A stretch of 26,385 nucleotides of DNA from Octopus sinensis (Eukaryota), in contig NW_021834773.1 of the NCBI RefSeq assembly GCF_006345805.1, positions 1-26,385 on the forward strand, given 5' to 3'. This document shows positions 10,758 to 22,365 of the stretch, one piece after another. A program made the translations under genes and the position numbers. Each line of letters begins with the position of its first letter. The stretch's first letter is position 1. Under the pieces are notes generated by a model. It worked only from the letters and a program-made list of their open reading frames with translations, searched no databases and was not told the origin of the DNA.

Positions 10758-11251
10758 TCTATATATATAAAACTGTAGTTGTGTGAGTGTCTGTCCCCTC
10801 GATTAGATTCCTAACTACTCCCAAATTTTGCGGTGCAGTTTAACCAAATTCGGGTATCTTATAGTCTGGTATTAGCGCGCGTCTACGATGAGTGTACGAT
10901 TTTAAAAATAATTTACATCATTTTTTATTCCATTTTAATGCATATTTTTTCGTGTGTCGATGGCGGCGGAGTTGGCGTCCACGCTCACGCCTGCACCTGT
11001 GTTGCTTCTCCCCCTTCTTCCCTCCCTCGTGAAGCTGTGGGGAAGGGAGTGTAAGGAAATCAACGTCGTAATGCGTTGTGAAGGAGACCAGCGTTCTTTT
11101 AGAACAACGACTTCATGGCTTGAAGTCGCCAAAACAGAGATCGCTAAAAAAGCTTAAACAGATCCACAAAAAACGGCAAAAACCGCCACACAGGCAGGTT
11201 TCCTGTGCAAACAATTTGCACAACAACCGAATGTTTTAGTTGTTGCACAAA
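10758..11251 (+). mobile_element. Helitron 5' portion (no own 3' end)
   Basis: Starts A|TCTATATATATAAAAC. The first ~190 bp are homologous to 11252-11460. Confidence 0.7.
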
Positions 11252-11755
11252 TCTTTATATATAAAAGTAAGGTTGTGTGTCTGTCTCCTACGATTTAGAT
11301 TCCTAACTACTCCCACATTTTGCGGTGCAGTGTAACCAAAACCGGGTATCTTATAGTCGTGATTCATATCGAGCCCTTCTGGGTATTAGCGCGCGTCTAC
11401 GATGAGTCTACGATTTAAAAAAAATTTACCATAATTTTTTATTCCATTTTAATGCATTTTTCGCTATTATATAAGGGAAGTAACTCTCTAAAAATGTCTA
11501 CGATGAGTCAACGATTAAAAAAAAATTACCATCATTTTTTTATTCCATTTTAATGCATTTTTCGCTATTATATAAGGGAAGTAACTCTGTAAAAATGTCT
11601 ACGATGAGTCAACGATTTAAAAAAGAAATTACTATCATTTTTTATTCCATCTTTAATGCATTTTTTGCTATTTTTTTTGCTATAACTCACTAAAAATGCT
11701 TATATAGTTATTTCCCTTACAAAACCGAGCAAAGCAACGCCGGGCGATACGCTAG
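11252..11755 (+). mobile_element. Complete non-autonomous Helitron
   Basis: A|TC 5' end, a GC-rich subterminal segment then CTAG|T at the 3' end, and internal ~100-bp tandem repeats at ~11396, 11496 and 11597. Confidence 0.85.
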
Positions 11756-12129
11756 TAAAATATAAAATTGAAAACTTTAAATTATTTAAATTGAAAATAA
11801 AATTATGAAATTATATTTATAATTTGTTTAAAAATATATATAACTATAAAAAGTATGAAAAAGTTTAATATACATAAATACAGATATATACACTTTGTAT
11901 ATATACATTATATATACATATTTATATATAGAACACACACACACACATACATTAATATACATATTTATATATAGACCACACACACACACATACATTATAT
12001 ATACATATTTATATATAGAACACACACACACACACATACATTATATATACTATTTATATATAGAACACACACACACTACATTATATATACATATATATAT
12101 ATAGAACACACACACACACATAAAATGAA

Positions 12130-12529
12130 CGCAAGAATATCTGATTCATAATATTTGTTCTCATGCTCGTGTGTTGATTGTTGGTGACAGACATATACTT
12201 CAAAGAACGCCGCCGAAGTGATAGGAAGGTAGGAAACAAGTCAGTGAAAAAGAAAGGAATAGCGATAGTGACAGATACTTTAAATACCCGTAGTTGGCAT
12301 TCTGAAAGTTATAAATGAAGAGGAGTGACAGAGTACTGGAGGAAATAGGGTGAGGTAGGAAGATGGCCCCTAGAAACCACAGCTTTTAAGATAGGATTTC
12401 TAAGGTAGCCCACGCGCATCGTCACCTCATTCTACATGTCCCTGTAAATTTTGGAGCGAATCGGACGGGATGTAGTGGCATTGAAAGCGAACCAAGCGGT
12501 AAAAAGCATTTCAGTTTTATATATAGAGA
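12130..12529 (-). mobile_element. Helitron 5' portion on the minus strand
   Basis: Reverse complement A|TCTCTATATATAAAACTG matches the 5' terminus style seen at 10758. The left boundary is uncertain. Confidence 0.55.
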
Positions 12530-13046
12530 TATATATCCATATATCCATATATACATATATATAGTGTTTTATCGTTATCGATACGCGAACACACTGCAAT
12601 AGTGTAATAGAATATAGTTTATACAAACGGCAGTAATCACACGTAACGTAACAATCTTTTAAGAACCAACAATCCAACACGCTAACTCAAACTCTGCTCT
12701 TTGAACTCCAACACACGAACTGTGGAATTGGCGCGAACTTTTTCTTCATTTGCCACACAGGACAGAAGACAAAGGGGAAGGTACAAGGACAGTCAAACAT
12801 AAAATGCATACACGTTTTAACCCTTAATGTGATAGACACACATAGACTGATCAGGTATATCGATCGACAGATAGATAATTAGATAGAAAGACAGACAGAC
12901 CGATATATAATTAGATAGAAAGATAGACAGACAGATATATAATTAGATAGATAGATAGATAGATAGATAGATACATATATACATTAACAGACAAATAGAT
13001 AATTAGATAGACAGACAGACAGATAAGTAATCCCATGGACAAATAT

Positions 13047-13438
13047 GGGATGGAAGCACTCCGTCGGTTACGACGACGAGGGTTCCGGTTGATCCGAATC
13101 AACGGAACAGCCTGCTCGTGAAATTAACGTGTAAGTGGCTGAGCACACCACAGACACGTGTACCCTTAACGTAGTTCTCGGGGATATTCAGCGTGACACA
13201 GAGAGTGACAAGGCCGGCCCTTTGAAATACAGGTACAACAGAAACAGGAAGTAAGAGTGAGAGAAAGTTGTGGTGAAAGAGTACAGCAGGGATCACCACC
13301 ATCCCCTGCCGGAGCCTCGTGGAGCTTTTTTAGGTGTTTTCACTCAATAAACACTCACAACGCCCGGTCTGGGAATCGAAACCGCGATCCTATGACCGCG
13401 AGTCCACTGCCTTAACCACTGGGCCATTGCGCCTCCAC
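13047..13438 (-). mobile_element. SINE family C, tail type 2
   Basis: 13255-13438 is similar to 8908-9092, while the 3' part is unrelated to 8784-8900. Confidence 0.85.
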
Positions 13439-13522
13439 TATGGACAGATAATTAAATAAACAGATGAATAGATAGACAGATCAGATACATCTATAAACAG
13501 ACAGATAGATAGACTTAGATAA

Positions 13523-13562
<40 letters not shown>

Positions 13563-13568
13563 ATGGAT

Positions 13569-13599
<31 letters not shown>

Positions 13600-13607
13600 A
13601 AGATAGA

Positions 13608-14137
13608 TAGATAATACCTTGTAGAATATTTGACTGCGCTTGCTCTTATTATTCTGCTTTCTTTGTTTATATTCTTCTCTCTTTGAGATCTTTCGAACTT
13701 ACAACCGTCAGCTGTAAAGTTGAGATCTGCATAAGAAAAAGTGAAAATGTTTTAGAGGCGCTACACACACACCCACCCACACGCACACCCTCAAAAATCC
13801 CCACAAAGCAGCCTAGTTTTGTGTATTCTAGTGTTATGTGTGTGTATGAAAGCGGATGCTGTATACATACATACATATACATGTTGTATAAGCATAAACA
13901 TATTCAGTCCTGTATTGAAAAGTCATATATACACACTTTCGAAGTGTATATAGGCCAGACAATCAGGTATACAAAGGTTTTAATCACGCCCATACTTGTA
14001 AAATTCCTAGAAAAGTTGATATGAAAAATTCGTCGTAACTCCATAAATGTTTCAATTCTCAGAAAAGCTTATCTAGTGCATATGACCTATCTCTCTCTCT
14101 GTCACTCTCTTTCTTTGTCTGTCAGCTGTCTACTCGC

Positions 14138-14140
<3 letters not shown>
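13608..14140. repeat. Local duplication copy 1 (~530 bp)
   Basis: Near-identical to 16750-17280, with (GATA)n on the left and (TATC)n on the right. Confidence 0.95.
13703..13726 (-). CDS. Candidate 24-nt microexon, phase 1-1 (xLNFTADG)
   Basis: ttttcactttttcttatgcag|ATCTCAACTTTACAGCTGACGGTT|gtaagt: consensus splice sites on both sides and a frame-preserving length. Confidence 0.65.
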
Positions 14141-14197
<57 letters not shown>

Positions 14198-14582
14198 TTC
14201 ATCTATCTATATACTTATTTTATAAACATTCTTCCCCCCTCCCTCTCTCTCTCTGTATAATATATATATATATTTATATATATATATATATATATAAATA
14301 AAATGGCTAACTAATTTTTTTCGATGGTTTTTTAGACAACCAACAATTATTTACCGGTAAATTTCGGTATGTAAATATGACTTTTAGCGTCTGGAACTTC
14401 TGTAGAGTTCAGTATATATAGTAGTATATAAGTAAAAGGGCAGGCAACAGGTTGCTCTGCCGCATACCGAATGAATTAGAAATGGCAGTCAGAGACTGTT
14501 CAATTCCATTTTCTACAAGTGGAGGCTCCATATATGACGCAACTCTGCGATTCACATACGCAAAATCGGAGTGGCAAATAAA

Positions 14583-14622
14583 TATATATATTTATATATA
14601 TATATACGTATATATATGTATG

Positions 14623-14693
<71 letters not shown>

Positions 14694-14708
14694 ACATATA
14701 TATTATAC

Positions 14709-14740
<32 letters not shown>

Positions 14741-14774
14741 TTACATCATAATATTTACATACATATATAATAAC

Positions 14775-14805
<31 letters not shown>

Positions 14806-14897
14806 CATCATACATACTACATCATACATACATCATACATACATACATCATACATACAACATACATCATACATACATACATACATACACACACACAC

Positions 14898-14942
<45 letters not shown>

Positions 14943-15000
14943 ATATATATATATTATTATATTATATATAATATATTATATATTATATATATACATATGT
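14583..15000. repeat. (TA)n/(TACA)n microsatellite
   Basis: Direct reading of the sequence. Confidence 0.97.
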
Positions 15001-15060
15001 ATTTCACGGAGGGCTGCAATCAGGAAATCATTAATTTCAAAAACAAACTTTGAAAAGCAT

Positions 15061-15452
15061 TTAGAATAGAGTAAAAACCTACAGATTTGGTCCCAAGAGC
15101 AGTAGAGGAATGTTATTTTCTCGGACGAGTCATCCTTTACCTTACGTTCTAGTGACGTTGAACATCTTATCTGGCCACCACATTGACCGGAGCTCAATAT
15201 TACTTAACTGTTATGGTTTATTTTTAAAAAAATAAGTCAGGAGTCGATAACCTCCACCATCACCACTACAAGAACTGGAGACTGTTTTAGCTGAAGAATG
15301 GACAAAAATTCTTTTGGACACAATTCAAACTTTGTATGAGTCCATACCTCGCAGAATTTAAACTGTAATTACTGCCAAAGGCGGTCCGACCTCATATTAA
15401 AATAAATTTGTTTGAAATTTTATGGTGTTTCCATTATTTTGTCCAACCCCTG
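15061..15452 (+). mobile_element. Tc1/mariner transposase remnant, internally deleted, with right TIR
   Basis: 'RNVIFSDESSF', 'IWPPH*PELNI' (the WPxxSPDLNPIE motif) and 'LAEEWTKI..IQTLYESIPRRI*TVITAKGGPTSY*'. The element ends ...TTTTGTCCAACCCCTG|TA. Confidence 0.9.
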
Positions 15453-15536
15453 TACATTGTGAGACAGACACATAGAAAAACAGATACATAATTAGATAGA
15501 TAGACAGATAGATAAATGGATAGATAGATAGATATG

Positions 15537-15584
<48 letters not shown>

Positions 15585-15723
15585 CAGACAATCAGACAGA
15601 AAGATTGAGAGAGAGAGAGAGTCAGACAGATAGATAGATGCATATAAATATATAGATAGACAGATAAACAGATAGATAATAAGATAGACAGATAATTAGA
15701 TAAACTGCCAATCAGATAGATAT

Positions 15724-16334
15724 GTTTCTTTATTAGCCACACAGGGCTGCACACAGACAGGACAAATTACAAGGTAGAGCTTTTCTTTTGGGGGTAAAAA
15801 AGGGGGTTTGGTTTTCGATCAAAAGGGATTGTAAAATGAAAGAAAGAGGACAAAAAAATAGGGGGGAATAAAATAAAAAAAAAGGGGGGAAGGAAAAGAA
15901 AGGGAAGGAAAAAAATGATCAATAGGGATCGTTATCACAAAAATGTCAATATAAAGTGTAAAGGTGAGGTTTACCCGTGGAAAGAAAAGCCTACGGAAAA
16001 GACCACAGTAACCTCGGTCAATGAAGTCACCTGTTACATTTTTTTACAAATAAGCAACTCTCTGTCTTAATTTTTACGGTTCATAGGATCATAGTCAAGG
16101 TGGTTTCGTCATTCATACGTGCCATCCTTGCTACATTCACCCATCTTTTTTTAAAACATTCACTAGACAACACTTGCCTCTCTACTCTCACTTTCCTCTT
16201 CAAGTGATACTTGAAGAAGTTGATGAGAGATTGACCAGAGAGGAAAGTGTTTGTCTCTAATCCTTTCAGGCGCGTCCACCAGGTACATTCTTTCGCCATA
16301 GCCACAAGTATGATAAAAATAACTCTAGCCCGAC
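15724..16334 (-). mobile_element. Tx1/L1-like LINE 3' end (5'-truncated)
   Basis: ORF 16081-16350 is homologous to the C-terminus encoded at 18890-19099. The 3'UTR ends AATAAAGAAAC followed by TATC-type repeats. Confidence 0.9.
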
Positions 16335-16352
16335 AGATATATAGATACATAT

Positions 16353-16416
16353 ATAACGGGAAGCTTTATGAAAATAGACAAAAGACGAAGGCAGGTGGAA
16401 TACAAACAAACAATTG
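16353..16416. mobile_element. Copy of the Penelope-like terminus at 3681-3776
   Basis: Identical run ataacgggaagctttatgaaaatagacaaaagacgaaggcagg, then tggaatacaaacaaacaattgt. Confidence 0.75.
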
Positions 16417-16560
16417 TTGACAGACAAACAGATAATTAGATAGACAGACATATAGATATATAGACAGTTCAGATACACCGATAGACAGACAGGTAGATAG
16501 ATAGATAATTAGGTAGAAAGACAGATAGATAGAAAAATATAGAGATAGGTAGATAGATAA

Positions 16561-16744
16561 GTTTCTTTATTGGCCACACAGGGCTGCACACAGATGGGAC
16601 AAGTTACAAGGTAGAGCTTTTCTTTTGGGGGATGAAAAAAAAAAAGGTGGCGTAGGTTTTCGATCAAAAGGGATCGTAAAAGGGGGAAAAAGAAAAAAAA
16701 AGGGAAAGGAACAAAAGAAAAGAAAAATGAAAAAAAGAGGAAAA
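16561..16744 (-). mobile_element. Tx1/L1-like LINE 3'UTR only
   Basis: Homologous to 15724-15900 and embedded in GATA repeats. Confidence 0.88.
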
Positions 16745-16749
16745 TAGAT

Positions 16750-17278
16750 AGATAATACCTTGTAGAATATTTGACTGCGCTTGCTCTTATTGTTCTGCTT
16801 TCTTTGTTTATATTCTTCTCTCTTTGAGATCTTTCGAACTTACAACCGTCAGCTGTAAAGTTGAGATCTGCAATAAAGAAAAAGTGAAAATGTTTTAGAG
16901 GCGCTACCACACACACCCACGCACACACCTCAACAATCCCCACAAAGCAGCCTCGTTTTCTGTATTACCAGTGTGTATGTGTGTGTATGAAAGCGGATGC
17001 TGTATACATACATACATATACATGTTGTATAAGCATAAACATATTCAGTCCTGTATTGAAGAGTCATATACACACACTTTCGAAGTGTATATAGATTACA
17101 CAATCAGGTATACAAAGGTTTTAATCACGCCCATACTTGTAAAATTCCAAGAAAAGTTGATATGAAAAATTCGTCGTAACTCCATAAATGTTTCAATTCT
17201 CAGAAAAGCTTATCTAGTGCATATGACCTATCACTCTCTCTGTCGCTCTCTTTCTTTGTCTGTCAGCTGTCTACTCGC

Positions 17279-17280
<2 letters not shown>
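16750..17280. repeat. Local duplication copy 2 (~530 bp)
   Basis: Near-identical to 13608-14140. Confidence 0.95.
16844..16867 (-). CDS. Candidate 24-nt microexon, duplicate copy
   Basis: ttttcactttttctttattgcag|ATCTCAACTTTACAGCTGACGGTT|gtaagt; the exon is identical to 13703-13726. Confidence 0.65.
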
Positions 17281-17361
<81 letters not shown>

Positions 17362-17363
17362 CA

Positions 17364-17428
<65 letters not shown>

Positions 17429-17590
17429 GTCTGTCTGTCTGTCTGTCTGTCTTTCTGTCTGTCTGTCTGTCTCTCTCTCTGTCGATCTCTCTCTCTCTTT
17501 CTCTGTCGCTTTCTCTTTCTCTGTCTGTCTGTCTACCCGCCTGTCTCTATGTGAACGTTTTTTGTCTATCTATCTATCTATCAATCTATG

Positions 17591-17689
<99 letters not shown>

Positions 17690-17840
17690 GTCTGTCTGTC
17701 TGTCTGTCGCTCTCTCTCTCTCTCTCTCTGTCACTCTATCTCCCTTTCTCTTTCTCTGTGTGTCTGTGTCTCTGTCTGTCTGTCTTCCCGCCTGTCTTTA
17801 TGTGAACCTTTTTGTCTATCTATCTTTCTATCTATCTATC
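17281..17840. repeat. (TATC)n/(TGTC)n/(TC)n microsatellite complex
   Basis: Direct reading of the sequence. Confidence 0.97.
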
Positions 17841-19099
17841 GACATCGAGCTGGTCGGCGAGACACTTAAAGACTACGAAGCGGTGACAGGAGCGAAAATC
17901 AGCTGGGAAAAGTCAGTGGACTTGCAACTAGGCACCTGGAGAAGCAAGCCCATGCAATCCACCTCCGGCGTGGGACGCTGGACGGACGGCCCGGTTGAGT
18001 TGCTCGGGGTCTGGTTCGGTCCGGACCTCCAAATGGAGAAGAAGTAGAACGAGATAACGAGTAGGATGGTCACTCTCGCCCGACAATGGGCCGAGAGGAA
18101 ACTGTCCCTATAAGGTCGGGCGGAGGTGGCGAATACGTACATCGCGTCCATCATCTACTACCGCCTGACCGTCGTACCTTGTCCCGACCCTACCATCACC
18201 AAATTAGAACGCATTCTCTTCCGCTTCTTGTGGAAAGGATGCGCCCGATGTTCAGGCGATTCATTTGCTGTCAACACCCGTTAAAAGGAGGGCTGGGTAT
18301 GCCGCGGTTGATGATGCGCAGACATGCGCTGAGACTGCGAGATCTCCGGCTCTAGGTAGACGACGGTGAACAGGTGTCGTCGCCGTTTGTGAGGCACGCT
18401 TGCCCGCAGCTCGCCTCCATGACCGCGGTGCAGTCGTGGCCGAGGAAAGGCGAATGGCACTGCGTGTGTCGCGTTGCTCGCGAGCAACTATGCCGTCCCG
18501 GGTCGACCTTGAGCGACTGTAACACAACCAAAGAATTCTATAGGGGATTAGTGGAGGGAAGGTACGACGACTATCTCGAGCCGACGTCGACGAGGAATAC
18601 CTGGACCGCATGTTGAAGACGACTTTCAGGCCGGGACCTATGAACTACTTCAGATCCCTGGCCTGGCAGTGCTATCGAGAAGCGCTACCCGTTCGGGATA
18701 AATTCTATAGGCATGGCTCGACAAGCACGGGGCCGAGATGTGGACAGGGCGACAAAACTCTTCTGCACGCAATCGTCCAATGTCCAAATATTTCTGACCT
18801 GTGGGCCTATGTCGAACGACTACTGTCGTGTGTCAGTTTATCAACCGAGTCTATCGTGGATATTGTCGCGCCTCCTTCCTTGAAACGGGAAGGAAGAGCC
18901 AATTTCATCGTACTTGTGGCTATGGCGAAAGAATGTGTATGGTGGACGCGTCTGAAAGGCCAAGAGACAAAACACTTTCCTCTCTGGTGAATCTCTCATC
19001 GACGTCTTCAAGTATCACTTGAAGAGGAAGGTAAGAGTAGAGAGGAACGTTTTGTCTACTGAATGCTTCAACAAAAGATGGGTGAATGTAGCAAGGATG
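17841..19099 (+). mobile_element. Tx1/L1-clade LINE ORF2 remnant (RT C-terminus/thumb to zf-RVT), pseudogenised
   Basis: 'LKDYEAVTGAKISWEKS', 'LLGVWFG', 'KLSL*GRAEVANTYIASIIYY', 'FRFLWKG', 'PLKGGLGMP', 'AWQCYREALPVRDK', 'RCGQGDKTLLHAIVQC'. Contains stops and frameshifts. Confidence 0.92.
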
Positions 19100-19229
19100 T
19101 ATGTATGTACATGAATATCCATATGTGTGTGTGTGTGACTTACAAAGAGGTGAGGATTACCGATAGGAAGGACATCCGGCCGTACAAAATCTGTCTGGCC
19201 CATGCAAGCAAAGGAAATTGGGGTGTTTT

Positions 19230-19230
<1 letters not shown>

Positions 19231-19270
<40 letters not shown>

Positions 19271-19302
19271 AAGATAGGTAGGAAGATAGATAGATAGATA
19301 GT

Positions 19303-19359
<57 letters not shown>

Positions 19360-19364
19360 TGATT

Positions 19365-19410
<46 letters not shown>

Positions 19411-19420
19411 AAGATAGATA
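19231..19420. repeat. (GATA)n microsatellite
   Basis: Direct reading of the sequence. Confidence 0.98.
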
Positions 19421-19421
19421 A

Positions 19422-19586
19422 GTTTCTTTATTGGTCACACAGGGCTGCACACAGATGGGACAAGTTACAAGGTAGAGCTTTTCTTTTGGGGGATGAAAAA
19501 AAAGGGGGTGGCGTAGGTTTTCGATCAAGAGGGATCGTAAAAGGGAAGAAAAGAAGAAAAAAAAGAAAAAAAGAAGAAAAAAAAAG
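19422..19586 (-). mobile_element. Tx1/L1-like LINE 3'UTR only
   Basis: Homologous to 16561-16744, with GATA repeats on both sides. Confidence 0.88.
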
Positions 19587-19959
19587 ATTGATAGATATAT
19601 AGATAGATAGATACTTTTATTAAGCTGTAAAATTATCACAGAAATCTTTCTTGGAGTTTCCCGTTCCTGTTCGACGCACAGTTGTGATGATATATATATG
19701 TGTGTGTGTTGGTGTGGTGTGTGGTATTTATATATGTATATACATGTATATATATATGTGTATATATATGTATATATACACACACACATATATATATATA
19801 TATATATGTATGTATATATATACATACATATATATATATGTATATATAGGTATATATGCATATTGTATATATGCGTGTGTGTGTGTATAGCATGTATATT
19901 GTGTATGATATATAGTATATATACATATATGACATATATATATATATATATACAATATC

Positions 19960-20029
<70 letters not shown>

Positions 20030-20034
<5 letters not shown>

Positions 20035-22365
20035 TATTCACGCACGGGTATAAATACAAGGGGTACACGCTCACTTCATTACGTGTACCCCTCACATGTA
20101 CATATGCATACTATTTTGGCTCGATATATGCAACAATGTAATCGCGCCCGTATGTGTGAGCATTCACTGGTTGTGCAATTCACCCATCTGGGTGTGATTG
20201 TGTGTAAACTTATCACTGTGGAGGTCGAGCTTGATACGTATATATTAGTGTGTATTAGGGGTTGTACGTACTAATTATGTTCATGTGCTTCACGCACTTG
20301 CGTCCATGTATGGAAGAATATATTGGGATTACTATGTAGGTGTAAATGCGTGAATATACACATGGAGACTACCACACAGGTACAAATGTGTTTAGATTGG
20401 GAACCCCATCACTACACTTAATGTATACTCTCACCATCCCGCACGGATGTGTAAGTGTATCTCCGGTGTATATGTTGAGGCTTATATGTAGAGTGTTGAA
20501 GTGAACGTCGTTGAAATTGTGAATGAATGGGTAGAGTTGGGAATTGTAACCGGTGGTGGACTAGTGTTGTTTGGAATTGTGAATGGATTAGGGTGGTAAT
20601 GAGGTAGGCATTGAGTATGGGTTACTGTAAGTTGTTTGTTAGAGTTGCTAGGGTGAGCTAAAGCTCATAATGTATATAATTGATTTTTCATGATAGTTTT
20701 TAAAGAATCCATTCATAATAAATTTTTTTAAGTAGCGTTGATTTGCTACGTGGAAATAGTTTTTAGTTCCATTTATTATATTTCTCCATTCATACTATGA
20801 ATGACGTTTACTTTCTATGGCGCGTATTCTTTTTTTACATTAGTTATTTCCATGGTAACGTAATTTTGTTTGGTTTTTTAACGGCTAAAAATCTAATTTC
20901 ACTTCATAATTTGTAACTGAATTGTAAGTATGTATTTGATTTATCCTTATGTCATAATGTTATTTTTGATATTCTGGTTAATTACGATGTATTTATTGTT
21001 GTTTTCATAAGAGTGTTTATGTATATGAGATTGGTTGTGAGTTTTTAATTGTATAATTAATTTATTTATCTGTATGAGTGTGGGTGTAAATATTGTTGTA
21101 TATATCGAGTTTTAGTGAGTATGTATATGCGTATATGTGAGGGAGCATATGTATCTGTTGTGTGTGTGTGTTTTTGCGTGTGGTGTGTGTTTGTGTGTGA
21201 ATGTGTATTTGGGTTTGTTATTTAGGATTTGGGATGTATGTGTTAATTTGTCTGTGTGGGGAGGGAGTGGTTTTTGGTGTATATTGAGGTTTATAAGTTA
21301 GTATAGGTTTGTGTATAAGTCTTGGGTCTGTGGTTTACGTGTGGGTTTTTTGTGTGTGAATGTTTAGGTTAGGGGGATTGCTATATAAGTTTGTTATAGG
21401 GTTTAGCAAGGGAGATTTTATCGTTATATGCTTTTATGAGTTTTGGTTTATCATGTTTTTTTTAGGTAATTTGTGGTATTTTGTATATTTTAGGTGTTGG
21501 TTATTTTTTTACATTGTTTCATTCATAATTTTTGAGTGGTGTTCGTTTTGCCACGTGAATAACCGGGTGGTGGACTAGCGTTGCTTGGAATGTGAATGGA
21601 ATAGTGTAGTAGTGAGGTAGGCATAGAGAATGGGATTGGGTTACTGCAAGTTGTTTGTTAGAGATGCTAAGGTGAGTTAAAGCTCATAATGTATATAATT
21701 TTTTTGTGGGTGTGTAAGTATTGTTGTATATGTCGAGTTTAGTGAGTATGTATAGGCGTATATGTGAGGGAGTATATGTATCTTTTGTGTGTGAGTGTTT
21801 TGCGTGTGAGTGTGTGTTTGTGTGTGAAGTGTATATGGGTTTGTTATTTAGGTTTTGATGTATGTGTTAATTTGTCTGTGTGGGGAGGGAGTGGGTTTTG
21901 GTGTATATTGAGGTTTATAAGTTAGTATAGGTATGTGTATAAGTCGTGAGTTTGTGGTTTACGTGTGTGTATTGTGTGTGAATGTTTAGGTTAGGGGGTT
22001 TACTTTATAGGTTTGTTATAGAGTTTAGTAAAGGGAGATTTTATCGTTATATGTTTTTAAGAGTTTTGTTTTATCATGGTTTTTTTTAGGGAATTCGTTG
22101 TAATTAGTCTATATTTTCGATATGGATTATATATAGGTTATATATGGATTATATACTTATATTTTTTCATTTATACTTTAATTATTTAAAAGTATTATTT
22201 TTATATTTTAAAATTTTGATTTTTTAGATTGGAAGTCCACCTGAAGATTGTCGATCAAGACAAGAAACGATTGTAGTGGCGGTTTTTTTGACTATTTATT
22301 AAATTTTATGTATTGATTAAGTCTTTCCTTGTTTGTTTTGCAAAATAGTGGTTTTGTCTCAAATA

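Noticed and set aside
12740-12790. Plus-strand microexon (ttcttcatttgccacacag|...|gtacaa)
   Set aside because: The donor is weak, the 20-nt length shifts frame, and the sequence resembles the Tx1 3'-end motif tttctttattggccacacagg.
17217-18047. 276-aa ORF, the longest on the plus strand
   Set aside because: It is a chance fusion of (TATC)n with a dead Tx1 ORF2 fragment and ends at a nonsense mutation.
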